The notes under the pieces are model-generated. The model had not been told where the DNA came from and made no database searches. It saw nothing but the letters and a program-made list of their open reading frames with translations. Position numbers and translations under genes: made by a program. This document shows positions 1-8,062 of a stretch of 45,781 bases of DNA, piece after piece; positions within the stretch are counted from its first letter, which is position 1, and the number at the start of each line of letters is the position of its first letter. Source of the DNA: Methanosarcinaceae archaeon (GTDB lineage: Archaea; Halobacteriota; Methanosarcinia; Methanosarcinales; Methanosarcinaceae); the NCBI GenBank assembly GCA_019429165.1, contig JAHYJJ010000001.1, forward strand, positions 1 through 45,781, given 5' to 3'.

Positions 1-261
1 CTGGGATTAATATCCCTGTTGTTGTGGTTACATTACTTGCACCATAAAACACGTCTGTGTCGCTCACATTATAGATTATAATTGTTCTACGACCAACTTG
101 TTCAATTGTCGGAATTAAATAAGCAATATTCAATGTTGTTAAGGTTACTGCTGTTGTAACCATTGTTGTCAAAGCATTTGTATTGGTTATAAGTGTATCT
201 TGTTTTGCTGCTGTAGCTTTCCCAGTAGTATCACAAACAGTTATCTTTCCGTCAATACTTG
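1..261. repeat. Direct repeat, copy 1 (partner 30501-30761)
   Basis: Base-by-base comparison: 1-127 is identical to 30501-30627. There are 10 substitutions over 128-261 (at 128, 131, 133, 169, 206, 209, 211, 215, 237, 251). Similarity is lost after 261. Confidence 0.95.
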
Positions 262-1000
262 AAAGTGTGGTTTCAGATGCCATATTAGATGTTCCATTTG
301 TTTCTTCTATACTAACTTTTAAATTCCCACCTGCAGTAGAGTCAATCGGTGTGAAATATCCGTCTGGTTTTTGTGCAGTCAAGACGGCTTTAACTAACTC
401 GGCGTCATCTTGTGGAGAAATTAAATCATTAATTCGGTGACTGCTGGGCTTAACATAATACGGTTTCAATATGGTCTGCAATCTGAAATATGTCTGTGCT
501 GTTCCGCCATTAGTATACACAATTCGATAATATCGCGCAGCTGGTTGAAACGAATAAACCTTTGCATCTCCTGCATTGATGGTATACACATCGCCGTCGT
601 CCCAGGTAATTCCATCTACTGAAAATTCAATTTTAAATCCGTCAGTAGCTGACGTATGGCTCGCGGTTACCATAACTTGAATAACACCGAAATTCTTGAT
701 GTCTTCTGCCTCTCCTGTGAATACACCACCAACCAATAACGGTGTATTGGTGCTATTAACTAACGATACATGTCCAGGACTGAATGTAACTAATCCTTTA
801 TGACCGTCACAAGAAATAATATCTGCTAGGTTACCTGCTGTATCTGTAATCTGTGTCTTTTGACTACCATTTGTTTGGTTTTCTTGTGTAGCTGGATTTA
901 AGACTGTGCCAGAATCGTTCACAACAGTCACTCTCTTAGAACCCGATGTGTCTATATGTTCAGATTTCGTGCATTCTTGACTATTCTTTGAAGTTACCAC
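1..1000 (-). CDS. Tail-fibre / receptor-binding-like protein of unit A (3' end cut by window start)
   Basis: My own translation gives an uninterrupted minus-strand frame over all 1000 nt (VVTSKNSQECTK...GFKIEFSVDGITWDDGDVYTINAGDAKVYSFQPAARYYRIVYTNGGTAQTYF...SIDGKITVCDTTGKATAAKQDTLITNTNAL...RRTIIIYNVSDTDVFYGASNVTTTTGILIP). It is absent from the ORF track because it runs off the window. GTG at 1000 is preceded by GAAGGTG, 2 nt after the portal stop. The last ~87 visible aa are almost identical to the C-terminus of the 30409-31230 product. Function is inferred from position and repeat-like fibre motifs only. Confidence 0.6.
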   Translation of the reverse strand, partial: MVTSKNSQECTKSEHIDTSGSKRVTVVNDSGTVLNPATQENQTNGSQKTQITDTAGNLADIISCDGHKGLVTFSPGHVSLVNSTNTPLLVGGVFTGEAEDIKNFGVIQVMVTASHTSATDGFKIEFSVDGITWDDGDVYTINAGDAKVYSFQPAARYYRIVYTNGGTAQTYFRLQTILKPYYVKPSSHRINDLISPQDDAELVKAVLTAQKPDGYFTPIDSTAGGNLKVSIEETNGTSNMASETTLSSIDGKITVCDTTGKATAAKQDTLITNTNALTTMVTTAVTLTTLNIAYLIPTIEQVGRRTIIIYNVSDTDVFYGASNVTTTTGILIP

Positions 1001-1002
1001 AA

Positions 1003-3183
1003 CTACACCTTCTTAGCAATGAATGTGTGTCTACTTTGATAATGAGACACTGGCGCAAGTGGATTGACCGTCCAGTCTGGAAAATATTTCTTGGACACCC
1101 TGGTCAATATACTCACATAATCATCCCAGGACACGCCAGACTTGGTTAATTGTTTGATTTCCTTGGATGCCTGGGTGGTTCGGTTATCATCTACACCGAT
1201 ATGATAATATTTGTAAGTCTCGCCAGTCTTGTCATATTGAACCTTACGTGATGCCACACTTATCTTGGTGGTCTCAGTCCTTGCAATGTTGCGCAACCTG
1301 GACTCAATCGCTGTGGTGTTCTCTTTCATGGCTTCAACTATGTTATTTATGCTGAAACCCTCTTTATTATCATACGCCAGGACAACTGCATTTTTTAACT
1401 TTTGGCTTAGTTCCTCGCTCATATTAGCAAACGCTTCCTGGTATACTGGTTCTCTCTTAAGGGCCTCAACCACGTTCTTATCAACATCAGTATATGTAAA
1501 TTCTCTACCGATATCCTTGCCCAGGTCTTGCATGGCTTTTCTATATATCGCCTTAAGTTTACTACTACTCTTGGACTTGATAACGCTATCAAAATCTTTA
1601 ACCGTCTCTCTAATCTTAGCATCCAACTCAGCAGTAGTTGGTCGTGTTTTAGAATCAAACTTGCTCAACAGTTTCTCAAGCTCATGTAACAACGCATTCT
1701 CTAGTTGTTTCTCTTGCTTTGCTTGAATAGGGTCGTTTTTTTTTATACTCTTACCCAGGCTCTTACCCATGTCAAAGAATGAATCTTGCGCAACGTTCTG
1801 GATTGTAACCTTACCAGCACCGAATGAAAACTCACCAGTCTCGTTCATGGCAACCTCAATCCCCAGCTCAGCCGTAGCCTTAGCAATCTGGATATCTTTC
1901 AACCGCAAATCCTTCTCGTACACTTTATCCTGGTCTCTGCTTGGATTTAATATGATTTCATAGTCTGAAACACCTAACTGCGCACACACCCAGGGTAATA
2001 TCTTCTCGTTATATATACTCTGCCCCATCTCAACCCCACGGTCGGTGACTTTAATCTGTAATCCCTCGTTGTTCAGACCACCACCCTGACTCGTATCATT
2101 CTGGAATATTGGCGACACATTAAATACTGACCCAATCTGGGTGCGTATTTCGTTCCGCACCTCAGAATATTGCATCTCTTGTAAATTGCGCATGAAATCT
2201 ACCCATTTAATAGGGTCTTTACCATCACCAGATTGATGAATAAGCGGATTAATAGCATGTGGATTCTTGCGCACTTTTTCAATGAATGCGTCCCAGAATG
2301 TCCAGAAACCCTGAGCATTACTTGTATTAACTGTCAATATACCTTTAGGTACTTTGTTTCCAGAATAATATTGTTTGATGTAATAATCCATGTTAATGAG
2401 AGTTATTGTTTTGTTATACAAAGAATACAGTGGACTGAAACCGTAGGTTTTTGTTGGATGATACTTGGATACGTGTAATATCTCACTTGTGTCATAATAT
2501 GAAAAACTACTCGTCTTACCACCCACTCGCACCTTGTAACATGCTCGCATGTTTTTTATTCCGTTTGTATTGTGAGTGTCCTGTGTAATCTCAGACCTAT
2601 TTTCTGGGTCAAAGAATACAGGTTGACCGTCTGAGTTATGCGCCAGACGGTTAGTGGAATCAAAAACCATCTCAATACTTAGCGGGTCTACCCTTAGGAA
2701 CTCCTGAACCTCCGCACCGATAATTTCGTTATATCCATTAACCAGGAAGTTCTTCCGTGCGAATAGATAAGCGTCATCCACAATATTCAAATCGTTCTCA
2801 ATTTCCATGAGCACCTCTTTAAGTGTCTGGCTGTTAGAGTTAGCCTTGCGCAATAAATCCTCAACCTTTTTAATCTGCGCGTCGTTCTCAAACGTGGTCG
2901 TGTTTTTGCAATTAAAGCCGTTCCTGAAGATTTCACTTTTAAGTGTGTTCAATACGTTTTGTAATATGTCAGAATACACACTAAGTTGATACAACTCAAC
3001 CACACCAACCCTAGTGTCAAAGATACCCCATGATTGTGTCTTGTCCAGGCTGAAGAAACTATTCTCATCCTGTGGTCGCAAATAATTCTGAATGACTTTA
3101 AGATCTTCAGCACCTTTTGTCAAACTTTTAAAATCTGATGACTTGACTATCTTAAAATTTTTAACCAAATTAAATAATCCCAT
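1003..3183 (-). CDS. Portal protein fused to a Mu F / SPP1 gp7-like minor head protein domain
   Basis: 726 aa. The N-terminal ~450 aa have portal-like segments (FSPLYSLYNKTITLINMDYYIKQYYSGNKVPKGILTV) that parallel the unit B portal. The C-terminal part has the MuF-type motif NIARTETTKISVASRKVQY and the tail HYQSRHTF. Lies two small ORFs downstream of TerL. Confidence 0.7.
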   Translation of the reverse strand: MGLFNLVKNFKIVKSSDFKSLTKGAEDLKVIQNYLRPQDENSFFSLDKTQSWGIFDTRVGVVELYQLSVYSDILQNVLNTLKSEIFRNGFNCKNTTTFENDAQIKKVEDLLRKANSNSQTLKEVLMEIENDLNIVDDAYLFARKNFLVNGYNEIIGAEVQEFLRVDPLSIEMVFDSTNRLAHNSDGQPVFFDPENRSEITQDTHNTNGIKNMRACYKVRVGGKTSSFSYYDTSEILHVSKYHPTKTYGFSPLYSLYNKTITLINMDYYIKQYYSGNKVPKGILTVNTSNAQGFWTFWDAFIEKVRKNPHAINPLIHQSGDGKDPIKWVDFMRNLQEMQYSEVRNEIRTQIGSVFNVSPIFQNDTSQGGGLNNEGLQIKVTDRGVEMGQSIYNEKILPWVCAQLGVSDYEIILNPSRDQDKVYEKDLRLKDIQIAKATAELGIEVAMNETGEFSFGAGKVTIQNVAQDSFFDMGKSLGKSIKKNDPIQAKQEKQLENALLHELEKLLSKFDSKTRPTTAELDAKIRETVKDFDSVIKSKSSSKLKAIYRKAMQDLGKDIGREFTYTDVDKNVVEALKREPVYQEAFANMSEELSQKLKNAVVLAYDNKEGFSINNIVEAMKENTTAIESRLRNIARTETTKISVASRKVQYDKTGETYKYYHIGVDDNRTTQASKEIKQLTKSGVSWDDYVSILTRVSKKYFPDWTVNPLAPVSHYQSRHTFIAKKV

Positions 3184-3206
3184 TATAAGATAAACCTCAT
3201 CTTGTT

Positions 3207-3221
3207 CTTATATATGTAACT
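3207..3221 (-). promoter_or_regulatory. Conserved late motif AGTTACATATATAAG (copy 1 of 3), 31 nt from TATATAAG to the portal ATG
   Basis: Plus-strand cttatatatgtaact is identical at 3207-3221, 24383-24397 and 27677-27691. Each copy sits at the same distance upstream of a minus-strand start codon. Confidence 0.45.
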
Positions 3222-3669
3222 ATTTTTTTAATTCCACAGCGCTCTTTAAACCCTTGAACTGTTCCACCCAGGCTATTATGTCTAATCGTTGCGCATCCAT
3301 GTCAAGTAACAAACCCTCGGAGGCCTTTAATACTTTCTCTCGGCTCATCACATTCATGAACTTAAGTGTGTCCTCAGACTCCATCTGCTCCTTGAATTTG
3401 ATATATTCAGGTGTTGATACAACATCTGCAATCTCAGACTTGATATCAGTAATCTCTTTCTCTTTTTTGGTGCGTTCGATGTCAAAATTGTCTAGCTCAG
3501 CCTGGAACAAGTTATTTATAACATCGTCAATCTCTGCAACCGATATGTTATGTTCCTCAACAATCTGGACAACATGCTTCCCCTTACCGTTAGTGAACTC
3601 GTCACGCTTAACAGCAATGTAATCGTCTTCTTCAACCCTGAAGTCTCTTGTGGTTTTTCTTTTTACCAT
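3220..3669 (-). CDS. Hypothetical acidic protein
   Basis: ORF-track frame 3220-3714. I prefer the ATG at 3669 (MVKRKTTRDF...), preceded by GAGG. No recognisable motif. Confidence 0.45.
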   Translation of the reverse strand: MVKRKTTRDFRVEEDDYIAVKRDEFTNGKGKHVVQIVEEHNISVAEIDDVINNLFQAELDNFDIERTKKEKEITDIKSEIADVVSTPEYIKFKEQMESEDTLKFMNVMSREKVLKASEGLLLDMDAQRLDIIAWVEQFKGLKSAVELKK

Positions 3670-3898
3670 TTTTAGTCGCCTCGTTAATCTTTTTATATAA
3701 CTTAATCGTATCAAACCAATAATCTATCTCGTGTGGTTTTAACCTGGTCTGTTTGGTGTATTTTTTACCATGTAACATGACCAGATATTTATATGTTCTC
3801 TCGGTGGATGATGTTTTCAATTCAACTATAGCTCGTTTACCGTCACTTATTAATAAAGTACCGGCTATTTTTAAAATCGTTCCTGTCACTTTATGCAT
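3632..3898 (-). CDS. Hypothetical basic protein
   Basis: 88-aa ORF between TerL and the portal, Lys-rich C-terminus. No recognisable motif. Confidence 0.4.
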   Translation of the reverse strand: MHKVTGTILKIAGTLLISDGKRAIVELKTSSTERTYKYLVMLHGKKYTKQTRLKPHEIDYWFDTIKLYKKINEATKNGKKKNHKRLQG

Positions 3899-3938
3899 AA
3901 CATATTATATGTTTCTAACCTTTTATATTTTATCAAGA

Positions 3939-5273
3939 CTAAAAATTGACATCCAGGCTTTGTCCCACGTGAAACTCTTCCTTGACACCAACCTCGAACA
4001 CCATGCGCATCATCAATGCATCTGAAAAGTCTGTACTTCTACCCAGGTTTTGTTTCATTATATCCTTGCCAATAATAGACAACTTGCCATCCTTGTCCGC
4101 ATCCTTTCTGGTTATCTGTTCCAGGTCTTGAATCAACTTCTCCTTGATTTCAATGTTATCCACACCAAAATATACTTTGTTCTCCTCAACCATCTGCGCC
4201 AGTTTGAAGTAACATTGAGATTTCAAATTATAATAGTTGTCTCCTGCAAGTGCTCGTGAACCATTCACAAACCCAGTACACCCAGGTAACTCGTCACAAA
4301 GCCCTCCACCGACTCCATCCTCATCAATCACGATATGACTACGTGGCACCGAATATGTCTCGGCTATCTCGTTTATGGTTTCTCGTATCTGTTTTATCAA
4401 ACTTATATCGTATATATACGCCCTGTCAACCCTCAGACCGGACCAGAGATATATCACACATTTGTCTGAACCCTTACGGGCTACATCACAGGTTATGTAC
4501 CGTTCACCATATTCAACAAAGGTGTTCGTGAACATGTTCAATATATCGTCATACTTGAACAATTTGTTCAAGTCATCGTCATATTCCCAGTTACCATATA
4601 GAAGTCGTTCTTTTGACAACTTATCTAACTTTTCAAGACTGTTTATATAGTGTTTAGACACGTTCGGGTTGTCACCGACCAAACTCTGAATAAACACACG
4701 ACCCGGTAGCAATGAACCCTCTTTATATGGTTTGTAAAATTCATTATACATCCAATTTTTAGACGGGTTTGAACAAATAAGTAACTTCGGGACCAGGCCG
4801 TTCTCGTCCAGTTTATATCTAATCCTGGACATGACAATATGTTTCGCTTTCTCAGAAATCTGTGACGCCTCGTCAATGAATGCGCCAGTATACTCTGTAC
4901 TACCCAGACTGTCAAAGTTAGGGTCGCTTGGGTAATGGAACAAATCTTTAAGCATAATCTCGCTACCATTCGCAAACGTTATGGTGGAACTGAGTGGATT
5001 AATATTAACTGTTCCCTGCCAACCCAGGCTATACACCAACTCAGTGAACGTTTTTAATGTTGACTCTTTAAGGTTCTTAAGTATGGCTCGACCCATGAGC
5101 CACCTAGTCCGGGGATATGTCTGGCACATATACAACAGCCACAGACAACCCAGAAAACTCTTACCTCCAGAAACACCGCCACCGAACACAATCTCGTTGG
5201 TTTCTGTGTCCATCAACACGCTCCAGGCTTTATTTTGTTTCTCTGTTAGTGTTATCTGCATCTGCTCCATCAT
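3939..5273 (-). CDS. terL: Terminase large subunit (unit A)
   Basis: Walker A GGVSGGKS, Walker B GAFIDEAS, nuclease-domain acidic motif VIDEDGVGGG. The ATG pair at 5273/5270 follows GGTGG; the track start at 5288 is TTG. Confidence 0.85.
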   Translation of the reverse strand: MMEQMQITLTEKQNKAWSVLMDTETNEIVFGGGVSGGKSFLGCLWLLYMCQTYPRTRWLMGRAILKNLKESTLKTFTELVYSLGWQGTVNINPLSSTITFANGSEIMLKDLFHYPSDPNFDSLGSTEYTGAFIDEASQISEKAKHIVMSRIRYKLDENGLVPKLLICSNPSKNWMYNEFYKPYKEGSLLPGRVFIQSLVGDNPNVSKHYINSLEKLDKLSKERLLYGNWEYDDDLNKLFKYDDILNMFTNTFVEYGERYITCDVARKGSDKCVIYLWSGLRVDRAYIYDISLIKQIRETINEIAETYSVPRSHIVIDEDGVGGGLCDELPGCTGFVNGSRALAGDNYYNLKSQCYFKLAQMVEENKVYFGVDNIEIKEKLIQDLEQITRKDADKDGKLSIIGKDIMKQNLGRSTDFSDALMMRMVFEVGVKEEFHVGQSLDVNF

Positions 5274-5775
5274 CCGCCACCATATCAACTATTTTAGTTG
5301 GTGTGTCCCTTATCAATATTAATTGTTTCTCCACACCAATTAAAACCTTTTCTGTTGCTTTCTCTTTTATATGAAAATTTTCCAAGAACGCAGTAAACCT
5401 GTCAAGCACCCTCAACATCAAGTCCACAGACTCCCTGCGCTCTTTAATCGATGAAGACTTCGCTAACATATACTGTGCTTCTCTGAACAATCTATCAAAC
5501 ACCACCTGAATTTTAATTCTGGTGGCATTTATGTCCTCAGGTGGCATGTCTTCATATATATCGGTTAGGTAGTTAGATATTGTCTGCCTGCGCACGTTAT
5601 ACTTCTCACCTAACGCTGTCTGAGTCAACCCAATTATTTGGCCAGACTCAACCAGCTTGGTTAATTCACCCATAATATAAAACTTATCAACCAGGGCTTT
5701 CCTACCCGGTGTTATATGTTTTTCAACGGGTTTACGTGGTTTTTTCTTTTTAATTTTTGCAGGCATATTAATCAT
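5230..5775 (-). CDS. terS: Terminase small subunit candidate with HTH
   Basis: Immediately upstream of TerL and overlapping it. Basic N-terminus (PAKIKKKKPRKP) and HTH-like GLTQTALGEKYNVRRQTISNYL. Start choice (5775 or 5766) is uncertain. Confidence 0.55.
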   Translation of the reverse strand: MINMPAKIKKKKPRKPVEKHITPGRKALVDKFYIMGELTKLVESGQIIGLTQTALGEKYNVRRQTISNYLTDIYEDMPPEDINATRIKIQVVFDRLFREAQYMLAKSSSIKERRESVDLMLRVLDRFTAFLENFHIKEKATEKVLIGVEKQLILIRDTPTKIVDMVADDGADADNTNRETK

Positions 5776-5926
5776 TCCCAAACAATATATTATTATGTAT
5801 AATGTTTTATATATTTGTCTTGATTCCAGACACACAAAACAACATTATCATTTTTATACATTTTTAAACGTTTTAAGACACTTTTATTTTTGTTATACCT
5901 TTATAGGTTTTTATAATAATATTGTT

Positions 5927-5953
5927 TGTATTGGTTTAAAATCAACCAATACA
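5927..5953. promoter_or_regulatory. 10-bp-arm dyad between the RHH gene and the TerS promoter region
   Basis: tgtattggtt-taaaatc-aaccaataca, read directly. No T-run follows on either strand, so not called a terminator. Confidence 0.35.
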
Positions 5954-5957
5954 TCGT

Positions 5958-6140
5958 TTATACATTTGGTCTTGTTTTCAAATATTCTTCTATCAAATCT
6001 TGTTTATACAGACAAAACCTAACGAACCCGCTAAAATCCCCATAACATTTTAATTTGTCGTCAATGATGTCTCTTTCTTTTCCGTATAGGCTCACTTGTT
6101 TTAGTTGAACCCTTTCGAACTTTCTTCGTAATCTAACCAT
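5958..6140 (-). CDS. Ribbon-helix-helix (CopG/Arc-like) DNA-binding protein candidate
   Basis: The internal ATG at 6140 is preceded by AAGGAGGTGA. The 60-aa product MVRLRRKFERVQLKQVSLYGKERDIIDDKLKCYGDFSGFVRFCLYKQ has a strand-helix-helix pattern. The upstream part of track ORF 5958-6242 lies inside a palindrome and is probably not coding. Confidence 0.5.
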   Translation of the reverse strand: MVRLRRKFERVQLKQVSLYGKERDIIDDKLKCYGDFSGFVRFCLYKQDLIEEYLKTRPNV

Positions 6141-6183
6141 ATTTTTCACCTCCTTCAACAAAACCGATAACAGTAGCGACTTT

Positions 6184-6284
6184 ATAAGATTATAGCAATT
6201 ATAGAGTGGTTTCCCACTTACTCTATATATAATACCTCTCATGTGAATAAGTGGGAAACCACTCTATATTTCACATAATCTTAT
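6184..6284. repeat. Large palindrome P1 (related to P2 at 16190-16300)
   Basis: Perfect 20-nt arms atagagtggtttcccactta (6201-6220) / taagtgggaaaccactctat (6248-6267). Outer perfect 10-nt arms ataagattat (6184-6193) / ataatcttat (6275-6284). AT-rich 27-nt centre. Confidence 0.9.
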
Positions 6285-6450
6285 AATTTTATTAGGCACC
6301 AAGTATATTATTATATAAATGTTACCCCACATATTAATCGAACCTCTATTTTTCGCAAACTTAAAAAACTCTCACCAATTAATAGTAACAATTTTTATCA
6401 TTTTTTTTTAAAATCCCACAGACCAAAAGAATAACCATAAAAATCGTTTT

Positions 6451-6610
6451 TATGGTTCTCAAAATATCTCCCAACCATATAACGCCGTTATATAACTTTT
6501 ATGGTTCTCAAAATATCTCCCAACCATATAACGCCGTTATATAACTTTTATGGTTCTCAAAATATCTCCCAACCATATAACGCCGTTATATAGCTTTTAT
6601 GGTTCTCAAA
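6451..6610. repeat. 49-bp tandem direct repeats, 3.3 copies (iteron-like)
   Basis: The unit tatggttctcaaaatatctcccaaccatataacgccgttatataacttt starts at 6451, 6500, 6549 and 6598 (partial), with one substitution in copy 3. Each unit holds two dyads (tatggtt..aaccata and tataacgCcgttata). An inverted copy aaccataaaaa-tcg-tttttatggtt precedes the array at 6434-6458. Confidence 0.95.
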
Positions 6611-6817
6611 CTTGTACCATTTATGCGCCCAGGAGTAATTATACCGTACCTTAATTTTTCGTAGCAACCTAGGTACAAATATAACAAATGGTAATATGGG
6701 TGTCAAGGACACCACACCAAGAACAATATCAGTAAGACTGGCTGTAGATGTTACTGTCAAACCTCGTTGTATATCACCTAATATCATTACAAAAAACACC
6801 CACAACATATAATACAT
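6557..6817 (-). CDS. Doubtful small membrane protein
   Basis: 86-aa ORF with two hydrophobic segments. Its 3' third runs into the 49-bp repeats and no clear SD is present. Confidence 0.3.
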   Translation of the reverse strand: MYYMLWVFFVMILGDIQRGLTVTSTASLTDIVLGVVSLTPILPFVIFVPRLLRKIKVRYNYSWAHKWYKFENHKSYITALYGWEIF

Positions 6818-6846
6818 TATATAATTATATAAACTTTGTGGTATAT

Positions 6847-7296
6847 TTACACCTTAATGACCCAGAACCCGTCTTGTATATCACACATAAACTGTTTGAA
6901 CAGTCCCATGAAATCATATAGTGTCATGCTTTTTTTAACAAAACCACGCCTAGCACCAATCCAGGAATCTATATCTATCAAGAACGCATGACTCTTTGAC
7001 TTAGACCCAAACCACCAAACCACGAACAAATATGACTTGTTGCGTGGGTAACGCCCAGACCACTGTAACAATTTAGTCTCCTGTGTTACCCTGTCCAGGA
7101 CAAACACTGGCACCTTTGTCTTCATCGTAATCTGTTTGCACTCAATCAACACATCAAACAACTCAGTCTGCGCCAGATAATCCGCGCTGGTGCTCGTGTG
7201 AGCAAACTGGTTGACTTGTATCTTGGTTATGTGAGATGTCGGCTTAGAACGCTTAAAAGACGCCAGAAAATACTTCTCAGTTACCTGAACAGTCAT
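6847..7296 (-). CDS. PD-(D/E)xK nuclease candidate, Holliday-junction-resolvase-like
   Basis: Motif pattern TEKYFL ... SADYLA-x8-IECKQ resembles the E / (P)D / ExK arrangement of Hjc-type resolvases. The ATG at 7296 is preferred over the track TTG at 7377. Motif-level call only. Confidence 0.4.
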   Translation of the reverse strand: MTVQVTEKYFLASFKRSKPTSHITKIQVNQFAHTSTSADYLAQTELFDVLIECKQITMKTKVPVFVLDRVTQETKLLQWSGRYPRNKSYLFVVWWFGSKSKSHAFLIDIDSWIGARRGFVKKSMTLYDFMGLFKQFMCDIQDGFWVIKV

Positions 7297-7333
7297 ATCA
7301 CCGCACCAATTCACATCCCCATCCGTTTCACCG

Positions 7334-7483
7334 TCAACCTGTATGCCACCGATCCAGGATGGTCTCCTCTTTTTCAATGGCGACTATCCTGCATCTGTGG
7401 CAGGTATTGATACCGTATGCAAACTGCTCAAAGACATCGAAGAATGCACCACAATCGGTGCATTTCTTCTGTATAGTTTTCAT
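7334..7483 (-). CDS. Small zinc-ribbon protein (49 aa)
   Basis: My own translation: MKTIQKKCTDCGAFFDVFEQFAYGINTCHRCRIVAIEKEETILDRWHTG, with CxxC...CxxC. Below the ORF-track size cut-off. Starts 1 nt after the preceding stop. Confidence 0.45.
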   Translation of the reverse strand: MKTIQKKCTDCGAFFDVFEQFAYGINTCHRCRIVAIEKEETILDRWHTG

Positions 7484-7486
7484 CTC

Positions 7487-7858
7487 CTAACACCCGAACA
7501 CTGTTAATGAGGCGCATCCTAGGATTGCGCCTTTTTCATCCCTGACTAGTTGGTCAGGGATTAAGAAATCGTTTCGGTCGGGGAACGCCTGCCCCACAGC
7601 CAAAGACACGATATACATCGTGCCTTCAACACTTTCGGGAATTTCAGCACTCCCGAAATGTTTGCTGTAAACAGGTATACCGTTTACAGTAAATATTTTT
7701 TTTCTGTCCTCAGACAGTCTTATACTACCCTCGGAAGGGTAGTTCACAACGACTTTATTTGTCGTTGTGTCTATAATCCCTACATTGTGGGGAGTTAAAT
7801 TTATTATTTTTACATTAAACGAATGCAATTGTCCATTCTTATTTATTGTATCTTTCAT
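7487..7858 (-). CDS. Conserved protein of unknown function; paralogue of 42126-42470
   Basis: About 75% aa identity over ~100 aa with the unit B copy (NLTPHNVGIID..YIVSLAVGQAFPDRNDFLIPDQLVRDEKG). SD AAGGTGA lies upstream of the ATG. Confidence 0.7.
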   Translation of the reverse strand: MKDTINKNGQLHSFNVKIINLTPHNVGIIDTTTNKVVVNYPSEGSIRLSEDRKKIFTVNGIPVYSKHFGSAEIPESVEGTMYIVSLAVGQAFPDRNDFLIPDQLVRDEKGAILGCASLTVFGC

Positions 7859-7869
7859 ATTTTATCACC

Positions 7870-7992
7870 TTAACATTTATTATTTGACATTTCATCAATG
7901 TCAAAGAATATTTCATTATTTTTTCTACAGGCGTAAAAGCCTGTAGTGATTAGCCAAAAATGTTTACATTTTTGACATTTTTCATTTTCCAT
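7870..7992 (-). CDS. Small Cys-containing protein (40 aa)
   Basis: My own translation: MENEKCQKCKHFWLITTGFYACRKNNEIFFDIDEMSNNKC. SD AAGGTGA lies 9 nt upstream. Confidence 0.4.
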   Translation of the reverse strand: MENEKCQKCKHFWLITTGFYACRKNNEIFFDIDEMSNNKC

Positions 7993-8013
7993 TTTTTTTT
8001 CACCTTTTTTTTT

Positions 8014-8062
8014 GGGTGTTCTCACACCCTCAAATATATATTGTATTATATATTTATAAAGG
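8014..8062 (-). promoter_or_regulatory. Conserved replication-module motif, copy a: hairpin plus AT-rich box
   Basis: Hairpin gggtgt-tctc-acaccc (8014-8029) next to caaatatatattgtattatatatttataaagg. The same box recurs at 11205-11236 and 13943-13972. Overlaps the PolB stop and precedes the next transcription unit. Confidence 0.4.

Noticed and set aside
1-261. Fibre-gene repeat pair (1-261 / 30501-30761) as the template and variable repeats of a diversity-generating retroelement
   Set aside because: No reverse transcriptase is present in the window. The 10 substitutions are not restricted to adenine positions of either copy; they include C/T, T/A and G/A changes in both directions.
183-622. 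Plus-strand ORFs 183-440 and 437-622 at the window start
   Set aside because: They are antisense to the uninterrupted minus-strand fibre frame, whose product aligns with the 30409-31230 protein.
4643-4975. Minus-strand alternative-frame ORFs nested in larger genes (4643-4975, 1419-1658, 9157-9366, 10506-10754, 15144-15515, 17711-17923, 23410-23601, 25931-26143, 26456-26647)
   Set aside because: Each is fully contained in a longer ORF that has recognisable motifs or operon coupling. None has its own SD.
6141-6242. N-terminal extension of the RHH ORF (track ORF 5958-6242)
   Set aside because: The extension lies inside palindrome P1. A consensus AAGGAGGTGA sits immediately before the internal ATG at 6140.
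6451-6610. 49-bp repeat array as a CRISPR array
   Set aside because: The repeats are directly abutting with no unique spacers, there are only 3.3 copies, and no cas genes are present.
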